From Ruania halotolerans (lineage in GTDB: Bacteria; Actinomycetota; Actinomycetes; Actinomycetales; Beutenbergiaceae): DNA of 24,000 bases. Location: positions 1,289,380-1,313,379 of the forward strand of contig NZ_CP088017.1 of assembly GCF_021049285.1 (NCBI RefSeq), written 5' to 3'. The translations under genes were made by a program, and so were the position numbers. Shown here piece by piece: positions 16,153-21,989 of the stretch (positions are counted from its first letter, which is position 1; every line of letters begins with the position of its first letter). The notes beneath the pieces are model-generated. The model ran no database searches. It was not told the origin of the DNA and saw only the letters and a list, made by a program, of their open reading frames with translations.

Positions 16153-16258
16153 GTGTGCCGCCAGGCACGGGATGGCGCGTGGCGTGGGGTACCCCGCTCT
16201 CGCCGGGAGGCGTATGGCACGATGAAGCCGACCTGGTCAGGCGAGGAACGGGGGGTAG

Positions 16259-17485
16259 ATGACACCGGTCATCGGCGTGGTCGGCCCGGCAGACATCGTC
16301 CCCGGTGTCGCCCAGACATGCAGCACCATGTCCGGATACGACGTGATCCGCCTGCCCTACGTTCACGAGACCGAGACGCACGACATCGTGCGCGCGAATG
16401 TCGATTCGGTGGACGCGTGGCTGTTCACCGGAATCGTTCCTTACGTCCACGCCAAGGGGGCATCCACCCGGCCCGCGGCGTTCGTGGACTACACGCGCGA
16501 GACCGTCCTGCGCTCATGGGTGCAGTTGGCCCGGGCAGGGCGGGATATCGCGCGTACCTCGATCGACACCGTCGGAGCACCGGAACTACGGGAGATCGCT
16601 GACGCTGTCGGCCTTCCCTCCGATCGCCCCAGATCTCTGCCCCATCGCGTCGACCAGCGGGTGGAGCAGCTGATCGATTTCCACCGGAAGAACCCTGACG
16701 CGTCGTGGACGGCGATCACCTGCGTGTCGAGCGTCTATGACGCGCTCCGCGACGACATCTCGATTATCCGACTGGTGCCGTCGGAGAATGCGATCCGGAC
16801 GGCCGTCACCAGGTTGTCGTTCGCCGTGAACACCCATGTGAACGAGGACTCTCAGGTCGCCGTCGGTCTGCTGGTTGCCGACGACATGGCCGGTGCCGCG
16901 CCGTTGGTCCGACAACAGGCGAGGGCGCTGGCAGGAACCGTTGCCACTGCCGATACCGGTGAACTGCTGCTGGTGACCACGCGCGGCGCGCTGGCGATCG
17001 CGTCCTACCAGTTCACCCAGCCGCCGTTGCTGCGGCGGTTGGATGAGGTCGGTATCACGGCCTCGGCGGGATTCGGAGTCGGACGCACCGCCTTGGAGGC
17101 CGAACGCCTGGCGCGCCGGGCGCTGAACCGCGCCGAGACCTACCCCGGTTCGACCGCGGTCGCCTCATTCCGGAACGACGTCGACCTCGTTCTCGGCGCC
17201 GCCGGCGGCCATACCGCGATTGCCCAGGATTCACCTGCACTGAGCACGATCGCCACCCGCGTCGGAGTAGCCCTGCAGACGCTGACGCGCCTGCGCGAGC
17301 TGGCTCAGGCACATCCGGATGAGCCGGTGACCTCCCGCCTGGTTGCCGAGGAGCTCAACGTTCAGCAGCGCACGGCTCGCCGCATGCTGGCACGCCTGGA
17401 GCACGGGGGATACGCCGAACGCACGGGACGTGAGGCGCTCGGATCAAGCGGGCGTCCGCTCACCCGGTACACGCTGCACCTGTGA
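16259..17485 (+). CDS. putative transcriptional regulator with a C-terminal HTH; possibly PucR/CdaR-like with a degenerate GGDEF-like middle domain
   Basis: 408 aa. The C-terminus TSRLVAEELNVQQRTARRMLARLEHGGYAERTG...GRPLTRYTL reads as HTH plus wing. The segment QVAVGLLVADD...ITASAGFGVGRTALEAERLARRALNRAE resembles the end of a GGDEF-fold domain. The N-terminal VIGVVGPADIV...DAWLFTGIVPY looks like an alpha/beta sensor domain. The family assignment is tentative. Confidence 0.6.
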   Translation: MTPVIGVVGPADIVPGVAQTCSTMSGYDVIRLPYVHETETHDIVRANVDSVDAWLFTGIVPYVHAKGASTRPAAFVDYTRETVLRSWVQLARAGRDIARTSIDTVGAPELREIADAVGLPSDRPRSLPHRVDQRVEQLIDFHRKNPDASWTAITCVSSVYDALRDDISIIRLVPSENAIRTAVTRLSFAVNTHVNEDSQVAVGLLVADDMAGAAPLVRQQARALAGTVATADTGELLLVTTRGALAIASYQFTQPPLLRRLDEVGITASAGFGVGRTALEAERLARRALNRAETYPGSTAVASFRNDVDLVLGAAGGHTAIAQDSPALSTIATRVGVALQTLTRLRELAQAHPDEPVTSRLVAEELNVQQRTARRMLARLEHGGYAERTGREALGSSGRPLTRYTLHL

Positions 17486-17550
17486 CTCGCGTGCGAGTGG
17501 GCTGCGATGGATTGACGGCCGCCGCCTCGGATCGATGTCCGTGGTGAACA

Positions 17551-18426
17551 TCACCCCTTGATCCCGCTCGCTGCGACGCTGTTGACGATGTAGCGCTGCA
17601 ACACAGCGAAGACGAGCAGGCATGGGATCACCGTGATCGCGGCGGCCGCCATCAGCCTCGCCTGCGAGACGGCCTCCTGGTTCAGGCTGGCCAGGCCGAC
17701 CGTGAGGGTGCGCATCTCGTCGGTCTGGGCGATGATCAGCGGCCACAGGAAGTCGTTCCAATGCCAGAGGAAGACGAAGATGCCGAGGGTGGCCAGAATC
17801 GGCGTGGTCAGTGGCAGGACGATGCGCCAGAAGATCGTCCACTCGCGCGCACCGTCGATCTTCGCTGCCTCGAACAACTCATCGGGCAGCCCCATGATGA
17901 ACTGCCGCATCAAGAACACCGCCTGTGAGTTCGCCAGGGTGGGAACGATGAGCCCCCAGAAGGTGTCGATACCCTCGAGCTTGGCGACCAGAACGAACAG
18001 CGGGATGATCGTCGCCTGCGTCGGAACCATGAGCGTGGCGAGGAAGGACCAGAAGACGATCTCGCGACCAGGGAATCGCTTCTTCGCGAACGCGTAGCCG
18101 GCCATCGCTGCTGTGATGAGCACGAGCACGACCGAGACGATCGAGTAGATCGCGGTGTTCGCCGTCCAACGCAGGAAGTTCCGTGCCGAGAGCACCGCGA
18201 TGAGGTTGTCCAGTGTCCACTCCTGGGGCAGCTGGAACGGGATGGTCCGGGCGCCCTCCGGGCTGAGCGCGAGGATGAAGACAGCGAGGAAGGGCACCAC
18301 CGTGCCGAAAGCGAGCACGGCGGCGACCAGGATCGTCCCTGGTCGGATGCTGCTGCGGCGCCGGCGCAGCGTCGGCTCCGAGGCCCTTCGCCCCTCAGTT
18401 CCCGGTCGGGTGAGCATGGCGGTCAT
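17551..18426 (-). CDS. carbohydrate ABC transporter permease (MalG-like, CUT1)
   Basis: 291 aa with 6 TM helices and an EAA-loop-like AAKIDGAREWTIFWRIVLPL. ATGA overlap with the upstream permease stop. Confidence 0.92.
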   Translation of the reverse strand: MTAMLTRPGTEGRRASEPTLRRRRSSIRPGTILVAAVLAFGTVVPFLAVFILALSPEGARTIPFQLPQEWTLDNLIAVLSARNFLRWTANTAIYSIVSVVLVLITAAMAGYAFAKKRFPGREIVFWSFLATLMVPTQATIIPLFVLVAKLEGIDTFWGLIVPTLANSQAVFLMRQFIMGLPDELFEAAKIDGAREWTIFWRIVLPLTTPILATLGIFVFLWHWNDFLWPLIIAQTDEMRTLTVGLASLNQEAVSQARLMAAAAITVIPCLLVFAVLQRYIVNSVAASGIKG

Positions 18427-19346
18427 GAGTTGCTCCGATCGAGGAAGCCGCGCTGGATCAAGGAGATGAGGAACACGATCAGGAAGATCGCCACGCCGAT
18501 CGCCGCGGCATAGCCGAAGTCGAAGAACTTGAAGCCTTGGTCATACAGCGCGTAGACGAGCGAATAGGACGCACGAGAGGGTCCCCCTCCGGTCATCACA
18601 TAGATGGTGTCGAACACCTGGAATGCCGCGATCGTCTCGATCACGAGCACGAAGAAGACCACGGGTCGCAGCAGTGGCAACGTGACGCGGACGAACCGCT
18701 GCGTCGCGTTGGCGCCGTCGAGAGTGGCCGCCTCGAGCAGATCCTCCGGAATGTTCTTCAGCCCGGCGAGCAGGATCAGCATCGAATAGCCGAACCCACG
18801 CCATGCCGAGACGACCGCGAGAGAGGTGAGGACCTGAAGCTGATTCCCGGTCAGGAAGGGGTACGGATCGATACCGGCATCGGCGATCAGACCGTTGATC
18901 AAGCCGTCGGTGGCAAAGATCCACAGCCAGATCACACCGGCGAGTACGAACGAGGTCACATAGGGCAGGAAGAGCGCACCGCGGAAGAAGCCGGTTCCCC
19001 AGACGAGGCGGTTCAGCACCAGGGCCGTCGCCATCGAGACGACAACGACGAGCGGCACGTAGATCGCGGCGTAGACCAGCGTCGTGATCAGCGCGCCATG
19101 GAAGACCTCGTCGCCGGCCATCCGCGCGTAGTTGTCGAACCACACCACGGAGAAGTCCCCGCTGAGCTGATAGTCGGTCAGGCTCATCCCGACTGCGCCG
19201 AGGCTTGGCACGAATCGGAAGATGATGAATAGCACCAGCATGGGCAGGACGAACAGGATGCCAGCCCACATTCCGCTACGGGTGGCGGCGCTCGGCCGTC
19301 GGCCCGCGCGGCGCGTCGGCCGCGGTGGAGCAGTGGTCGCGGTCAT
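18423..19346 (-). CDS. sugar ABC transporter permease (MalF-like, CUT1)
   Basis: 307 aa with an EAA loop EAATLDGANATQRFVRVTLPLLRP. SD GGGAG lies upstream of ATG 19346. Confidence 0.92.
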   Translation of the reverse strand: MTATTAPPRPTRRAGRRPSAATRSGMWAGILFVLPMLVLFIIFRFVPSLGAVGMSLTDYQLSGDFSVVWFDNYARMAGDEVFHGALITTLVYAAIYVPLVVVVSMATALVLNRLVWGTGFFRGALFLPYVTSFVLAGVIWLWIFATDGLINGLIADAGIDPYPFLTGNQLQVLTSLAVVSAWRGFGYSMLILLAGLKNIPEDLLEAATLDGANATQRFVRVTLPLLRPVVFFVLVIETIAAFQVFDTIYVMTGGGPSRASYSLVYALYDQGFKFFDFGYAAAIGVAIFLIVFLISLIQRGFLDRSNS

Positions 19347-19367
19347 GGTCTCCCTCTCAAGTCGTGG

Positions 19368-19397
19368 CTGCGGGGCGCATCACTGTGCGCCCCGCAG
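19368..19397 (-). promoter_or_regulatory. intercistronic stem-loop between the SBP and first permease genes
   Basis: 12-bp perfect stem CTGCGGGGCGCA / TGCGCCCCGCAG with a 6-nt loop, 10 nt after the SBP stop and 21 nt before the permease ATG. Confidence 0.6.
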
Positions 19398-19406
19398 CGT
19401 GGTGCG

Positions 19407-20657
19407 TCACAGGCGAGAGATCGCGTCCCGAGCCTCGGCCGCGGCGTCATCCATGGCCTGCTGAGCATCTTTCTGCCCTTGCAGCGCGGACTGGATGTGC
19501 GTGGCCAGGATCGACATCACCTGACGTGCCCCCGGTACGGCTTCGCCCGGGTTGGAGACGTCCAGCGAATCGAACAGCGCCTGAGTCGGCTCGTCCTCGA
19601 TCGCGATCTCAACGTCAGTACGTGAGGGGAACCACCCGGATGCCTCGTACAACTCCGACTGCGCCTGCGGTGCCGCGAGCGCCCGTGCCACCTCGAGCGC
19701 TGCATCCTCGTCCTCGTTGATCGTGGTCCGCGAGATCAGGCCCGGCGTGCCGAATGAGGCTTGGACGGTACCGGTGAGCGGGGCGCCCACGGCGACGTTC
19801 TCCTCGCCGATCGCGGCCTGCATCTGCTCGATCGAGGCTCCCGCCATCGCGTACGACATGGCCGCCGTGCCGAGTGCGAGGGGGCCGCCCTCGATCGTGT
19901 TGTTCTTCGTGGCCGCATCAGCCGGGAGGCCGCCGGCCTCCTGCAGGTCGAGCAGGAACTGCAGAGCGGCGACTCCCTCGGGACCATCGAAGGCGACATC
20001 GCTGCCGTCCTCGGTGAACACAGTCCCGCCCGCCTGCCACAGCAGCGGATAGAAGCTCATGTTCAGCGTGGTTTCGGCGGAACCGGCGTAGTCCATCACG
20101 GCCACGCCGTTGTCGGCGAGCGCAGGTGCCGCAGCGAGCACGTCCTCCCAGGTCTGGGGCAGTTCGTCGATGCCTGCTTCGTCGAACAATGCCTCGTTGT
20201 AGGCCGTGGTGTTGGCGGTCTGGTAGATCGGCACCCCGTAGATCTCACCGTCGAACGTTCCCCCGGCGAGGGCGCCCTCGTAGTACGAGGCGGGATCGTC
20301 GATGGCGTCGCCGATAGGCAAGAGGCCGCCGGTGGAGTAGAAATTCATGGCGAGGTCGGGCACGAGAAGTACGAGATCTGGCCCCGTTCCGGCTGCGATC
20401 GCCGTGCCGATCTTCTCTTCGCGATCACTCCAAGGCTGCAACTCGATCGTGAGGTCGATATCGGTGTGCTCGGCCTCGAAGTCGGCCTCGAAGCCCTCCC
20501 AGTAGGTGCGGTTGGCGTCCTCGTCGCCAATGACGGGATACATCCACAGGGTGATCTCGGACGTGCCGGTGCCGGCATCGCCGCCGGAACTACACGCTGT
20601 CAGTGCAAGCGCAGCGGCGGTACCGAGCGCGAACGCGGTGGTGGTATGGGTTTTCAT
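19407..20657 (-). CDS. extracellular solute-binding lipoprotein of a CUT1 sugar ABC transporter
   Basis: GGAGG lies 5 nt upstream of ATG 20657. MKTHTTTAFALGTAAALALTACSSGG is a signal peptide with lipobox LTAC. 416 aa with typical family-1 SBP composition. The ORF-track start at 20798 is an upstream extension. Confidence 0.9.
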   Translation of the reverse strand: MKTHTTTAFALGTAAALALTACSSGGDAGTGTSEITLWMYPVIGDEDANRTYWEGFEADFEAEHTDIDLTIELQPWSDREEKIGTAIAAGTGPDLVLLVPDLAMNFYSTGGLLPIGDAIDDPASYYEGALAGGTFDGEIYGVPIYQTANTTAYNEALFDEAGIDELPQTWEDVLAAAPALADNGVAVMDYAGSAETTLNMSFYPLLWQAGGTVFTEDGSDVAFDGPEGVAALQFLLDLQEAGGLPADAATKNNTIEGGPLALGTAAMSYAMAGASIEQMQAAIGEENVAVGAPLTGTVQASFGTPGLISRTTINEDEDAALEVARALAAPQAQSELYEASGWFPSRTDVEIAIEDEPTQALFDSLDVSNPGEAVPGARQVMSILATHIQSALQGQKDAQQAMDDAAAEARDAISRL

Positions 20658-20852
20658 CAGAACCTCCTGGGTGTGGGCGATGCGTCCTCGCATCGGGGGA
20701 GTCGAGGCGGTCATCTCAGCGAGCCGCTGAGATCGTTGGTGACACGTGGCCAAACGGATGGACAGTCGCTGCTCCAGCTCTGCTTCGCCGAGCGGCACTC
20801 AGGTGCTGTCGTCATCGTCATGCCCTCCTGGTGTGGCTCCGTCGGCAGTGGC

Positions 20853-20884
20853 TTCATATTTACGGTCGGGACCGTTATTGTCAA
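20853..20884. promoter_or_regulatory. interdigitated divergent promoters sharing one spacer that holds operator copy 2 (CGGTCGGGACCG, 20863..20874)
   Basis: Plus strand: TTCATA (20853..20858), 17 nt, TATTGT (20876..20881), about 40 nt upstream of the SDR gene ATG. Minus strand: perfect TTGACA (20884..20879), 16-17 nt, TAAATAT (20862..20856), pointing at the ABC operon. The 12-mer between them is the exact reverse complement of 13704..13715. Confidence 0.5.
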
Positions 20885-20922
20885 ACGGCGACGATGACGA
20901 TCGAGTAACGGAAAGGACACGT

Positions 20923-21765
20923 ATGCGCATCCTGTTGATCGGTGGAGGGGGTGTGGTCGGAACCGCACTGGCGTTGCGGATGCGAGACCATCACCGCATC
21001 ACCGTGCTGGATCGCCGAAAGGTGAGCATCGCGGGCGTGCACAGCCTGATGGCCGATGCCACCGACCATGACGTGCTCGCAGCGCACATCCGTGGCTCGC
21101 AGGCGGTGGTGCACCTCGCGGCGATCGTGCCGCGCGGTGACACCGAGGCGCGATCGAAGCAGCTCGACGCAGCAATGCGCGTGAACGTCGGTAGCGTTGC
21201 CCAGGCGCTGGCGATCAGTGTGCGCGAGGCGGTGCCCTCCTTCGTGCACATCAGTTCGCTCTCGGTGTTCCGCGAGTTCGGCACCCGACGCATTCCGGCC
21301 AGTGCCCCGCCGGACGCCATCGCGCCTTATGGGCTCACCAAACGCCTCGCCGAGAATGTGTGCGCCGCGCTGGCCGACGAGCCGACGACGGTCACCTCAC
21401 TCCGGCTCGCATTCCCCAGCAGGGCCGGAGATTGGCCACAGTGGCGCTCGCCGTCAGCTGATGACGATGCTCCGGCCCGCTCCCTCCAACTTGCCGATGG
21501 CACGACGTACCCGGCGCTGCACCCGGACGACCTCGCCGATGCAGTCAACCGTGCCCTGCATCGGCGAGGTCCGTACGCGGCGATCGCACTGGCCCACCCG
21601 GCGACCATCGAGGACGAGTCGGCGCATCGTCTGCTCGGCTGGTCACCTCGGTACTTCACGCCGCAGGGGTCCTCGCGAGCTCAGCGTCCTCATTCCGTCC
21701 CGCCGCCCGCGGGTGAAGTCGTCGCGCCACTGAGATCCGCCGCGACTGCGCGCGACGGCGGCTGA
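20923..21765 (+). CDS. NAD(P)-dependent epimerase/dehydratase-family (SDR) protein
   Basis: [17 protein letters not shown] (GxxGxxG Rossmann motif), catalytic YxxxK as [11 protein letters not shown], and a C-terminal [17 protein letters not shown] upstream of ATG 20923. 280 aa. The ORF-track start at 20746 is an extension. Confidence 0.85.
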   Translation: MRILLIGGGGVVGTALALRMRDHHRITVLDRRKVSIAGVHSLMADATDHDVLAAHIRGSQAVVHLAAIVPRGDTEARSKQLDAAMRVNVGSVAQALAISVREAVPSFVHISSLSVFREFGTRRIPASAPPDAIAPYGLTKRLAENVCAALADEPTTVTSLRLAFPSRAGDWPQWRSPSADDDAPARSLQLADGTTYPALHPDDLADAVNRALHRRGPYAAIALAHPATIEDESAHRLLGWSPRYFTPQGSSRAQRPHSVPPPAGEVVAPLRSAATARDGG

Positions 21766-21989
21766 TCGGCCGCTCCTGCGCACACCACGCCGTCGGCGCT
21801 GCCCTGGTGAGGTGCCAGGACCACGGTGACCTGACATCCCGGCGCACCGGCCGCCGTCGGGCATGCCCGCCTTTCCGCTCGCAGCGATCCTGTGGCGCAC
21901 CCGCCACCGGGCGCGGATGCTCTCGCTTACGATGGGAGCTGGCGGTGTCGTTCGGCGCCCCACGACGACTGACCCGACCGGGAGTGTGC

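Noticed and set aside
16229-16240. CGACCTGGTCAG with arms GACC/GGTC, just upstream of the regulator start
   Set aside because: The half-sites are in the opposite (everted) order with different spacing. It is not equivalent to CGGTC-N2-GACCG and is a short motif with a high chance expectation.
21857-21868. 12-bp perfect palindrome CGGGCATGCCCG followed by CCTTTCC, downstream of the SDR gene (terminator?)
   Set aside because: As RNA it gives only a 4-bp stem once a viable loop is allowed, and the U-tract is weak. That is not enough to call a terminator or an operator.
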